Source: Alkalispirochaeta sp. (GTDB taxonomy: Bacteria > Spirochaetota > Spirochaetia > DSM-27196 > Alkalispirochaetaceae). From it: a stretch of 64,000 bases of DNA. Every line of letters begins with the position of its first letter. Within the stretch, counting starts at the first letter, position 1. The stretch is from positions 3,360,001 to 3,424,000 of the forward strand of contig OZ271854.1 of NCBI GenBank assembly GCA_965601925.1. The letters are read 5' to 3'. A program made the translations under genes and the position numbers. Positions 50,333-59,736 of the stretch are shown here, one piece after another. Below the pieces are notes generated by a model that had not been told where the DNA came from, ran no database searches, and worked only from the letters and a program-made list of their open reading frames with translations.

Positions 50333-51418
50333 ATGTCAAAACGATCAACTCTGGCGGCGTTCCTGTTTTTGCTCCCATTTCTTCTGGTGCTTTCGGTATT
50401 TTTTCTGTACGCTGCGGCGCGCGCGATCTGGTTCAGTTTCACCGATTTCAATCTCTTCAATGAGGCGTCGTGGGTCGGGCTACAGAACTATCTCGCACTC
50501 TTTCGAGAGCAGAACTTTCTCCGTGCCTTGCACAATTCGCTCGCGTTCGCCGCGGTCGTGACGACCGCACAAACTGTCGGAGCGTTACTCGCGGCGGCGG
50601 CGCTCAATAACAAGATCCGCGGGGTCCACGCCTTTCGCGCCGCCTTCTACATCCCGAGCACGGCGAGCTCGGTCGTTACGACCATCGTGTTTTTGTGGCT
50701 CTTTCAACGACGAGGCCTGATCAACCATCTGGCTACGCAGATTTCGGCGCGCGGGCCGTCGATTCTTACCTTTCTTGTGCTTGTCGTCGCTATTCAGACG
50801 GCCCAGGTCGCCGTAGCGCGTGTGCGCCGTCGTCCGGCCCACGCGGCGGAGCCCGCGTTTTTGCTGGGTGCGATCATATTGGCCGCCGCAATCACCTCCG
50901 GCGCTCGTATGTTGGGTGTGATCGAGATACGCGCCGTGGAACCGGTTGGATTCATTTGGTTGCAAACACGCCAGCGCATTCTCGGTGTTCCGATTCCTCT
51001 GATCGCGATCATGATCCAGAATACGTTCACGACGATCCCGACGTTCATGCTGTTGTATCTGGCGGCGCTTCAGGACGTCTCGCCCTCGCTATACGAGGCC
51101 GCGGATCTGGACGGAGCGGGGTGGTGGCAACGGTTTGTCGCGATCACGTTGCCCTCTGTTCGACCGATCACGTTCCTGGTGGTGACGCTCGGGTTGATCG
51201 GCACGCTTCAAATGTTCGACCAGGTGGCCGTCTTCGGCGATGCGGTTCCCCTGGAATCGGTCATTACCCTTTCGTACTTCGTATACGATCGCATGTTTCC
51301 CGGTGCGCAACTGCCCGAGGTAGGGCTTGCCAGCGCCGCGGCGCTTTTTTTGGCGCTGTTGACTCTCGTTATCGTTGCGATCCAGCGCGTGTGTATCGCC
51401 TCGGAGGTGGAGCGATGA
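50333..51418 (+). CDS. Sugar ABC transporter permease
   Basis: WVGLQNY, LYEAADLDGA (EAA loop), ITLP. Confidence 0.92.
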   Translation: MSKRSTLAAFLFLLPFLLVLSVFFLYAAARAIWFSFTDFNLFNEASWVGLQNYLALFREQNFLRALHNSLAFAAVVTTAQTVGALLAAAALNNKIRGVHAFRAAFYIPSTASSVVTTIVFLWLFQRRGLINHLATQISARGPSILTFLVLVVAIQTAQVAVARVRRRPAHAAEPAFLLGAIILAAAITSGARMLGVIEIRAVEPVGFIWLQTRQRILGVPIPLIAIMIQNTFTTIPTFMLLYLAALQDVSPSLYEAADLDGAGWWQRFVAITLPSVRPITFLVVTLGLIGTLQMFDQVAVFGDAVPLESVITLSYFVYDRMFPGAQLPEVGLASAAALFLALLTLVIVAIQRVCIASEVER

Positions 51419-52836
51419 ACGAACTCCTTACGACCGACGCGTACCTTCAGCGTCGTCGATGGGCCCGCTTGGGGTTACTCTACGTGGTGTTGCTCAGCTT
51501 CGGGATGGTTTTTCTGGGACCGTTACTCTTTTCTACGCTGATGAGTCTCAAGGTCAACCCCTTGGACTATCCGCCGTCTCTCAGCATTCCGCAGCTCAAT
51601 CCGCGCAACTGGGCACAGGCGGGACGCCTGGGACGAGAAGGTGCGGGACGGCCGCTTCTCGGCGGGTTTGCACCGGGCGGCGAGGTCTCGTTTGCGTTCG
51701 AGGTGGTATTGCCCGACTCGGCTGAGAGCGAAACACCGATCGACGAAGGCAATGCCGTCGCGGTGACCATTCCCCGGCGGCGTCCCGGCGCCGGTCTTGG
51801 GGCGGTGATAGCTATCGACTACGCCGCCGACTACGCCGTTCAGCGGCTGGAGGTCATCGGGCGTAGCGAGATCGATACCGATGTCGGCGGCGGTACCTTA
51901 GTGACGTACCGACTCCGTGTAACCTATCCCGAACGCCCGGACGCGCCGACGATCGATCGACTGCCGGTGGAGATCGAGCTATCTCCGGGGGTACTCTTTG
52001 CCGCAGCCGATCTCGCTCCGAGCAGGTTGGAGCGGCGCGGGCGTATCGTAAGCTACGACAACGTTACCCCGGGGAGTCTCGGTTACATCCTTCATAACTA
52101 CGTTCGTGTGTTCCGGGAGGCCCGAAGCGTCTCCTCGGGAGAGAGTTTGTTCTTGCGCTGGATGGTCAACTCCGGGATCTACGCGATATTCCGCGTGATC
52201 AGCAACGTCATACTGGCGTCGATGGCCGGGTACGCGTTGGCGCGGTACCGCTTTCGTGGCCGGACGATCCTCTTTTTCGTCGTACTCTTTGCGCAGATGG
52301 TGCCGGCCCAGGTCACCTTCATCTCCAATTATCTGGTCATTCGCGACGGTGTCTTCGGGTTGTCCCGCATATTCGGCCGTACTACGCTGCTCAATACGTT
52401 AGCCGGCGTCATTATCGGCGGTACGGGGCCTTCCGCCTTCATCGAGGCGGGTAAGGTCTTTATCATGAAGCAGTTTTTTGAGACGATTCCCGCCTCGACG
52501 GAGGAAGCGGCGATCATCGACGGCGCGAGTCACTGGCAGCGCTTCGCGTTGGTGATGTTTCCGCAGGCGCGCCCCGCCCTCGGAGCCGTAGCAATCCTTA
52601 CGTTTCAAAATGCGTGGAACGATTTTTTCTGGCCCCTGGTAGTACTGACCTCGCCGGAGGAGGTGAAGACGTTGCCGATCGGACTACTCTCGTTTCGGCA
52701 AACGTACGGTTCCGCCGGCGACTGGGGACTCATTTTGGCCGGAGCCGTTCTGAGCGCCGTACCGGTCGTCACGATATTCCTCGTTTTCCAAAAATACTTC
52801 CTCCAGGGAATATCGCTCGGCGGAAGTAAAGAATAG
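51415..52836 (+). CDS. Sugar ABC transporter permease with large extracytoplasmic insertion
   Basis: ATGA overlap; EEAAIIDGAS, WNDFFWPL; long soluble loop after TM1. Confidence 0.9.
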   Translation: MNELLTTDAYLQRRRWARLGLLYVVLLSFGMVFLGPLLFSTLMSLKVNPLDYPPSLSIPQLNPRNWAQAGRLGREGAGRPLLGGFAPGGEVSFAFEVVLPDSAESETPIDEGNAVAVTIPRRRPGAGLGAVIAIDYAADYAVQRLEVIGRSEIDTDVGGGTLVTYRLRVTYPERPDAPTIDRLPVEIELSPGVLFAAADLAPSRLERRGRIVSYDNVTPGSLGYILHNYVRVFREARSVSSGESLFLRWMVNSGIYAIFRVISNVILASMAGYALARYRFRGRTILFFVVLFAQMVPAQVTFISNYLVIRDGVFGLSRIFGRTTLLNTLAGVIIGGTGPSAFIEAGKVFIMKQFFETIPASTEEAAIIDGASHWQRFALVMFPQARPALGAVAILTFQNAWNDFFWPLVVLTSPEEVKTLPIGLLSFRQTYGSAGDWGLILAGAVLSAVPVVTIFLVFQKYFLQGISLGGSKE

Positions 52837-52859
52837 ACGCGAAAGGGACCGACCGACAC

Positions 52860-54788
52860 ATGCTGAAGACGTCCGCGATTACGATCAACTCACAGCGCAA
52901 CCGGGTCATAAAAGAGGACCGGACGTTTTGGGTCGCCGACGGGGCGGGAGATACCACATCGTCCGAACACGGGTTCTACGTCGGCGATACGCGTATCCTC
53001 TCGAACAATCGATGGGAGTACGACGCTCCGATGACGCTCCTGCAGGCCCATAGCCCACAGCCCGATCGTGCGGAGTTCCAACTCGCCGAAATCGACGGTC
53101 CGCACCAAACGACGGCGATCGCCCGAACGGTAACGATCACCCCCGGGTCCCTCTCAGACCGTATCACGATCCGGAACTTCACCGCCGCTCCCCGGCGTCT
53201 GTGCATCCGGTACTGCGGCGAGGCCGATTTTTCCGACCTATTTACGGTGCGCGGATTTCCGGCCGCCGCGAGCGGCGCGATCTCGGTCATGACGCCTCAG
53301 GAAGGCGACGACGAGGGTGAGACGCCGCCGCGTTTGTTCATGACCTATCGAAGCGCAACGTTCGGCGGGTTCTTCAAGCTCCACGCCGAGGGGTGCGGCG
53401 AGAGCGCGGTATCCCCCGACGGTGCATTTTCTCTGACGACCCGCATGACGCTCCGACCGAGGGAGACGTACACCGTTGAGGTCGTGCTCGTCGGTGACGC
53501 GGCGCCTATCGGTTTCGCGAGAGAGAGGCCGGTCGTGTCGTTGCCGACGTACGAGGCGTGGGAGTCCTCATTTCCGACGAACGGACACGACCGTTTCGAT
53601 GCGTTGCACCGTCGGGCGCTGCGCACTGCGATCTCCGATGTTCGCGCCCTCCTGCTTGCGACCGAAGACGGCCCGTTTCCGGCGGCCGGTGTTCCGTGGT
53701 ACGTGGCGGTCTTTGGGCGCGATGCCCTCATCACCGCCTATTTTTTGCGTCGCTGGCGGCCCGACCTCGTCGTGGCCGTGTTGCGCCATTTGGCCCGTTT
53801 CCAAGGAATGGACTATGACGGCGAAACCGAGGAGGCCCCCGGGAAGATCCTGCACGAGCTGCGACACGGAGAGTTGTCCGCGGAACGACGCATCCCGCAT
53901 CGCCCGTATTACGGTACGGTCGACGCGACCGCGCTGTACGTCATCGTGTGCGGCGTCGTCGACGATGTAGAGGTTGTGCGTGAACTTCGACCCCATTGGG
54001 AGGCGGCCCTTCGATGGATCGTAACCGACGGCGACGCCGATTGCGACTCCTTTGTAGAGTACGACGGCGGATCGACGAGCGCCGGAGGTACGGTCGTCCA
54101 AAGCTGGAAAGATAGTCACGACTCGATGTCACACGCCGACGGATCACTCGCCGACGGCTTGGTGGCCGGCGTCGAAGTACAGGGATACAGCTATGCCGCG
54201 TTTTGCGCCGCCGCGCGGATGTACCGGTCACTCGGCGACACCGCCGCCGCGCGGGACTGGGCTCGTCGCGCACGGATGTTGCGCTCGGCGTTCGATCGCG
54301 CCTTTTGGGTCGACAATCCGGGAACCTACGCGATGGCGTTGGACGGACGCAAAAGGCCGCTGTGCGTGCTATCTTCAAATGCCGGTCAACTATTGTGGAC
54401 CGGAATCGTTCCGAAGAGGCGTGCACGGTCTCTCGTGCGCGTCTTGTTCGGCCCGGAGATGTGGACCGGCTGGGGTATTCGCACCTTGGCGTCCACCGAG
54501 GAGCGATACAATCCCGTAAGCTATCACAATGGATCGGTGTGGCCCCACGACACCGCGATTATTGCACTGGGACTCATACGGTACGGGTACTACGCCGAAG
54601 CGGCGCGTATTCGTACGGCGTTGTTCGACCTCGCCGCCGGCGAAACGGATGCACGTCTACCCGAGCTGGTCGCCGGATACCCCCGCGGTGACGGTCCGCC
54701 CGTTCCGTATCCCGTCGCGTGTCGCCCTCAAGCGTGGGACGCAGCGGCCCTCATCGCCCTCGCACTCGAGCCGAATCCGGTGGGATAA
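52860..54788 (+). CDS. Amylo-alpha-1,6-glucosidase/glycogen-debranching-family glycoside hydrolase
   Basis: AGVPWYVAVFGRD, PGKILHELR, YYGTVDAT, QSWKDS, YHNGSVWPHD, RLPEL, ACRPQAW. Confidence 0.88.
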   Translation: MLKTSAITINSQRNRVIKEDRTFWVADGAGDTTSSEHGFYVGDTRILSNNRWEYDAPMTLLQAHSPQPDRAEFQLAEIDGPHQTTAIARTVTITPGSLSDRITIRNFTAAPRRLCIRYCGEADFSDLFTVRGFPAAASGAISVMTPQEGDDEGETPPRLFMTYRSATFGGFFKLHAEGCGESAVSPDGAFSLTTRMTLRPRETYTVEVVLVGDAAPIGFARERPVVSLPTYEAWESSFPTNGHDRFDALHRRALRTAISDVRALLLATEDGPFPAAGVPWYVAVFGRDALITAYFLRRWRPDLVVAVLRHLARFQGMDYDGETEEAPGKILHELRHGELSAERRIPHRPYYGTVDATALYVIVCGVVDDVEVVRELRPHWEAALRWIVTDGDADCDSFVEYDGGSTSAGGTVVQSWKDSHDSMSHADGSLADGLVAGVEVQGYSYAAFCAAARMYRSLGDTAAARDWARRARMLRSAFDRAFWVDNPGTYAMALDGRKRPLCVLSSNAGQLLWTGIVPKRRARSLVRVLFGPEMWTGWGIRTLASTEERYNPVSYHNGSVWPHDTAIIALGLIRYGYYAEAARIRTALFDLAAGETDARLPELVAGYPRGDGPPVPYPVACRPQAWDAAALIALALEPNPVG

Positions 54789-54932
54789 CACGAGGGCGAG
54801 CATCGCTCAGCTCTCCCACGCCGATCGGCCCCGACGGCGTGGCAACCCGGCCTCCCGTGCGTACCGGTCATGGCCCGGTCGATCGTACGGCTCTTCGGCA
54901 TGCACATGGTTCGCTAACACCGAGATGGCACG

Positions 54933-56642
54933 ATGGGCGCTATGAGCAGTCGGGACGAGGCGGAAAAACTATCGGTCGTGATGGAACTGTTAAAGGAGAT
55001 CGACAACTTTCCCGACCATCCGCAGTCATTTTATCACCGGCTTCTCGATGTTGCGGTACGAGTGATTGACGAGGCGGAGTTGGGTACCGTATCGCTGGTT
55101 CGCGAAAAACGGTGGCGGTACGTTGCGACGATCGGCCACACGATGGAGAAGATGCTCGATTTGGAGCTGAACGCGGACTGGGAGCTATCCGGCGGCGAGG
55201 TGAAGATCGTCAATAACTTGGAGACACGGTATCAGGAACGCTTTCCACCGGACGTACGCCGGAGCTTCTTTGAGGCGGTGAGACCGACGCGCTACTCTCT
55301 CATCGGAAGTTACACTCTCGACGACGAGGCGCGGGTGGTAATCTCCGTCGACATTCCGATGGAACGAGATCGGACGTTTCGTCCCTTCTCCGTACGAGTC
55401 TTTGAGTCGTTTCTCAAACTGGCGGGGTCGTACCAGCGTTCCGTCTATAATCGAGAGCATCTACAACGAGCCAACGACCAACTCTTGCGCGTGAACGAGG
55501 ACCTGCAGCGATCCTACGACGAGATAAGCACACTGAACCACAAGCTCAACCAGATACTGGGGCTAACGAATTACTTTTCTCGAGACGAGCTCGATATCGC
55601 GGAGTTTTTCGATCAGTTGTTGGCGACGGCGCTCCTGGTCGTCGACGAGGCGGACTACGGGAGCGTGAGCGTCGTCCGCAACGGAGCGTGGCAGTTTCTG
55701 ACCGCCGTCGGCCACGACATCGATACGTTGCGACGTTTGGAGCTTCGGTCGCAGTGGTTCGATCTCGAAGAGGGGACTCGGGTTCACGCCGATATCGTCG
55801 GACTCAACGAAGGGCTCATGCCGGAGGAGGCGTATCGCGCCCTTGCACAGGCGACTCGGCCGATCGGGGTGACGGCGAGTATAAACGCCCGTGTCGCCGA
55901 GGACTTCTGGGTCGTTATCTCCCTCGATCGAGCCGCGGGGCGTGTGGGCGGATTCTCGTCATCGGCGACGCGTGTGATCGACGCGTTCAGCGCGATGGCG
56001 CGAGGATTCCTCAAGACGCGGCTCTACGCCGAACTCATGCACGCCGCGTATCTGCGGTTTGCCAACAAGCTCGCGATGGTCGCCGAGCGTCACCACAAAG
56101 ATACCGCCGCGCATAATGAGCGCGTATCGCGAGTATCGAGCGTGCTTGCCGATGCCCTCGGCATGGCTCCCCACCGCATTACCGAGATCGCCGATTTCGC
56201 CTCGTTGCACGACATCGGTAAGGTCTTCATCGATCCGTCGATCCTCACCAAGCCGGAACGACTGACGTCCGATGAGCGACGGGAGATCCAGAAGCATACG
56301 GCCTACGGCGAACAGTTACTCGACGATCCGTGGTTCGCAACGGCGCGCAACATCGCGCGCTACCACCACGAGCGATGGGACGGGAGCGGCTATCCCGACG
56401 GATTGGGCGGATCGGCGATACCGATGGAGGCGCAGATTGTCGGCGTGGCGGACGTATTCGACGCCCTGCGCTCTCGGCGGAGTTACAAGGCGGAGATACC
56501 CGCCGACGAGGTTCTCCGCCGCATGCGGGAGGGCGACGACCGCATGGCTCCGGGGCAGTTTTCTCCCGCCATACTCGCTGCGTTGGAGGCGAAGTTGGAT
56601 CTCATCGAGAGAGACGTATACGGCGGCAACGGCCCGGGGTAA
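54933..56642 (+). CDS. HD-GYP phosphodiesterase with two GAF-like repeats
   Basis: HDIGK, HHERWDGSGYPDGL, ADVFDAL; duplicated N-terminal module. Confidence 0.9.
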   Translation: MGAMSSRDEAEKLSVVMELLKEIDNFPDHPQSFYHRLLDVAVRVIDEAELGTVSLVREKRWRYVATIGHTMEKMLDLELNADWELSGGEVKIVNNLETRYQERFPPDVRRSFFEAVRPTRYSLIGSYTLDDEARVVISVDIPMERDRTFRPFSVRVFESFLKLAGSYQRSVYNREHLQRANDQLLRVNEDLQRSYDEISTLNHKLNQILGLTNYFSRDELDIAEFFDQLLATALLVVDEADYGSVSVVRNGAWQFLTAVGHDIDTLRRLELRSQWFDLEEGTRVHADIVGLNEGLMPEEAYRALAQATRPIGVTASINARVAEDFWVVISLDRAAGRVGGFSSSATRVIDAFSAMARGFLKTRLYAELMHAAYLRFANKLAMVAERHHKDTAAHNERVSRVSSVLADALGMAPHRITEIADFASLHDIGKVFIDPSILTKPERLTSDERREIQKHTAYGEQLLDDPWFATARNIARYHHERWDGSGYPDGLGGSAIPMEAQIVGVADVFDALRSRRSYKAEIPADEVLRRMREGDDRMAPGQFSPAILAALEAKLDLIERDVYGGNGPG

Positions 56643-56651
56643 CGGGCGCCG

Positions 56652-57656
56652 CTACGGTATCAGGAGTATTTTACCGATCGAGTCCCGTCGTTCCAAAAGC
56701 CCGTGCGCGTCGCGCGCATCGCGAAGCGGGAAGCGACCGGCGACCGTCACCGATACGTCGCCCGCGGCGACCCAGTCGAGGACCGTGGCCGCGCGTTGAA
56801 GCATCACTTCTCGATCGTCGTTGTAGGTCGAGAGGCTCGCCCACGTCAGCGACAGGGAGCCGCGGCTTGAGTATCCGGCAATCCCCGAAAGACGGTTGAT
56901 ATCAAACGGCGCTACATTGCCGCTCGCTAATCCGTATACCACCATATGACCGCCGGCGCGTAACGCCTCGAGCCCGGCATCGAAGGTCGTTCGCCCAACC
57001 GCGTCAAACACGGCGTGAACGCCGACGCCCGCGGTAATGCGCGCTACCTCCTCGACGACGTCGGTTTGGGTATACAGAATGGTTTCGTCGCCGCCGGCCG
57101 CACGAACGGCGATCGCCTTTTCCTCCGTGGAGCACGTACCGATCACGGTCGCGCCGCGCATTTTGGCGATTTGCGTCAACAGCAGACCGACGCCGCCGGC
57201 GGCGGCTTGAATCAACACGGTGTCGCCCGCTCGGATCGGGTACGCCTCGTGGCTTAGGGCGTGCGCCGTCATACCTTGGAGGAGGCTCGAGGCGGCCTGT
57301 TCGTAATCGACCGTCTCCGGTAGGGGAATGGTGAGCTCCTCCGGACAGGCGAAGTACTCGGCGTAGATACCGACCATGTGGCCCGCTACCGCGACACGTT
57401 GACCGACCGCAACGGTCCGTACCTCCTTACCGACGTCAATTACCTCGCCCGCCGCCTCTATGCCGAGAATCAACGGAAGTTCAATCGGATACGGATGACC
57501 CGAGCGGTGCTGGACATCCACGAAGTTGACTCCGATCGCGCGATTTCGAATCAGTACTTCATTCGCTTTGAGAGTAGGGCCGGGCACACGGCGAATGCGT
57601 AGGCTCTCGGCATCTCCGAATGCATCAATGGAAACGGCGTTCATCATCCTATCCAT
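56652..57656 (-). CDS. NADPH:quinone oxidoreductase (MDR family)
   Basis: GVNFVD, LGIEAAG, LQGMTAH, AAAGGVG, GKILL. Confidence 0.92.
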   Translation of the reverse strand: MDRMMNAVSIDAFGDAESLRIRRVPGPTLKANEVLIRNRAIGVNFVDVQHRSGHPYPIELPLILGIEAAGEVIDVGKEVRTVAVGQRVAVAGHMVGIYAEYFACPEELTIPLPETVDYEQAASSLLQGMTAHALSHEAYPIRAGDTVLIQAAAGGVGLLLTQIAKMRGATVIGTCSTEEKAIAVRAAGGDETILYTQTDVVEEVARITAGVGVHAVFDAVGRTTFDAGLEALRAGGHMVVYGLASGNVAPFDINRLSGIAGYSSRGSLSLTWASLSTYNDDREVMLQRAATVLDWVAAGDVSVTVAGRFPLRDARDAHGLLERRDSIGKILLIP

Positions 57657-57667
57657 CTCTATCGCTC

Positions 57668-58687
57668 CTATATCCAGTGGAATCGATTGGGGCGTACATC
57701 GGCAAACGAATCGTCGATGTAGTACGGTACGATCGACCCGGTGGGACTCGATACGCGATCAAGACGTTCGAGCTCCGCGTTACTGAATGAGACCTCGGAA
57801 GCGTCGAGCACCTCGCGCGCCTGTTCAACCGTTTTGGGGCCGACGGCGACGTTGCACACCGCGGGATGGTGGAGACACCATCCGATAGCGAGTTGTGCCG
57901 GGCTACACCCTTTTGCTCCTGCAAGTTCGACCACCGCTTCCACCACGTCGAAGGCTCGCGGCACGAAGTGACGATCGGCCCAGTCGTTCGAATCGCTCAG
58001 CCGAGAGCCCGTCGGACGTTCCGCGTCGCGTCGGTACGTCCCGGTGAGAAAGCCTCCCGCCAGGGGAGACCACACCGTGACGCCTATCCCGTACGATTGC
58101 GTCATCGGAAAGAGTTCGCGTTCGGCGCGGCGGTCCAGCAAATGGTATGCCGACTGCTCGCATACAAAGCGGTTGAGTCCGTACTCTTTGGCGACCCACA
58201 GCGACTCGATGATCCTCCATGCGGCAAAATCGCTCGAAGCGATGTAGCGCACGTCGCCGGCGCGTACCAGGTCGTCGAGAGCCCGAAGCGTCTCGTCAAT
58301 GGGAATCCGCGTGCTGGGACGATGAATGTAGAAGACATCGATGTAGTCGGTGTCCAACCGCCTCAATGACGCACGGCACTGTTCAAGGATGTGTCGTCGG
58401 TGATTATTGCCGCTGTTGGGATCATCGGGATCCATCTGAACGTGGACCTTGGTCGCCAACACGACGCGATCGCGCCGTCCCGTATCTCGCAGTGCGCCGC
58501 CGACGATCTCCTCGCTCCGCCCCGCATTGTAGATATTCGCAGTATCGATGCAGTTAACACCGCGGTCCAACGCCTCGGCGATAATGGTCGTGGCCGCGCC
58601 GCGGTCGGTTACGCCCCCGAAGTTCATCGTACCCAGGCACAATCGGCTCACTTGAACTCCGGTACGTCCCAAAGAGACATAGTCCAT
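57668..58687 (-). CDS. Aldo/keto reductase
   Basis: LCLGTMNFG, DTANIY, LATK, WSPLAGG. Confidence 0.93.
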   Translation of the reverse strand: MDYVSLGRTGVQVSRLCLGTMNFGGVTDRGAATTIIAEALDRGVNCIDTANIYNAGRSEEIVGGALRDTGRRDRVVLATKVHVQMDPDDPNSGNNHRRHILEQCRASLRRLDTDYIDVFYIHRPSTRIPIDETLRALDDLVRAGDVRYIASSDFAAWRIIESLWVAKEYGLNRFVCEQSAYHLLDRRAERELFPMTQSYGIGVTVWSPLAGGFLTGTYRRDAERPTGSRLSDSNDWADRHFVPRAFDVVEAVVELAGAKGCSPAQLAIGWCLHHPAVCNVAVGPKTVEQAREVLDASEVSFSNAELERLDRVSSPTGSIVPYYIDDSFADVRPNRFHWI

Positions 58688-58758
58688 ACTCTCACCTCCG
58701 TCTTGTATCGAGGGTACGAACGGACGGTGCCGGAGAGATAGTAATTTTGCGTCAGATT

Positions 58759-59646
58759 TCAGTCGGCGAGCCAGCGTGCGATATTGGCCGCCACACCGAC
58801 GCTGAAGAACTCGTCATCGCTATGAAAGCGGCGCGTGAAGTAGTCGGACGGCGTTCCACCCATAAAGTATCTGAAGTCTTTGATGAAGTGATTCTGGTCG
58901 TAGTAGCCGAACTGAAGATAGCCGTGTCGCTTGACCGCCGACTCGTGCTCTTTCAGATGCTTCAGCGTCGCCTTGAAGCGAATCACGCGGGCAAACCGTT
59001 TTGGAGATATCCCTACTGAGTCCAGGAAACGGCGCTCCAGCGTTCTGCGAGACATATGGGCGTCTTCACCGAGGAGTGCAATGGACGTTGCGCCGCGGCT
59101 CCGCAATATCTTCCCGACGAGGTACCCGATCGCTCGGTCCGGTTCGTGTCGCAAGAGGCGTCGTGTGAGAGCAGCCTCCAAGAGGTCGACACGCGCCTCG
59201 TTGCCGGATACGTGATACAGTTGCTCTTCCACTTCTACGAGGTCGTGCGACAGCTGGGCGAACGGGACGATCCGCCGGTAGAACTCGCCGGCCGGGATTC
59301 CCGTGAGGGCTCGCAATCCGAGGGGACGGAGCTTCACACCCAGCAGGTTGAGCCGCTTCGTTTCCGTCAAAAAGACGGTGCTTGTACGCTGACCCACGAT
59401 GTGACCGGTCTGTATAGCCGTAACGCCTCCGGTTGCACGTTCCCGACGCATGTAGCCGTCACCAAAACAAAAGATGAGGTCTACGTATCCGTCGGGCACC
59501 ATAAGCTCCCGTTTCCACGCCACGCTTTTCTTTTCGAGCGTCCAATAGCAGCGCACGTAGTTCCTCAGATGCGGACCGGGCCGATAGAGTGCGTAGCGCA
59601 ACGAGGGAGTATCAAAAAGGGTGTGGGGCGTGCGGTCTCGATTCAT
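58759..59646 (-). CDS. AraC family regulator (DUF6597-type N-terminus)
   Basis: PDGYVDL, SRRTLERRF..VGISPK, GYYDQNHFIKDF. Confidence 0.9.
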   Translation of the reverse strand: MNRDRTPHTLFDTPSLRYALYRPGPHLRNYVRCYWTLEKKSVAWKRELMVPDGYVDLIFCFGDGYMRRERATGGVTAIQTGHIVGQRTSTVFLTETKRLNLLGVKLRPLGLRALTGIPAGEFYRRIVPFAQLSHDLVEVEEQLYHVSGNEARVDLLEAALTRRLLRHEPDRAIGYLVGKILRSRGATSIALLGEDAHMSRRTLERRFLDSVGISPKRFARVIRFKATLKHLKEHESAVKRHGYLQFGYYDQNHFIKDFRYFMGGTPSDYFTRRFHSDDEFFSVGVAANIARWLAD

Positions 59647-59736
59647 CTTGTACGCCTACGGTACGCGCGGATACGGTCTACGCTAAGATACTCATCGAAG
59701 GAGCCGTTGCCGACCGTGCCGGCATCGATCGCGCCG

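Noticed and set aside
50695..51414. Apparent 713-aa permease or frameshift fusion
   Set aside because: The extension overlaps the first permease in another frame; a GGAGG plus ATGA coupled start exists at 51415
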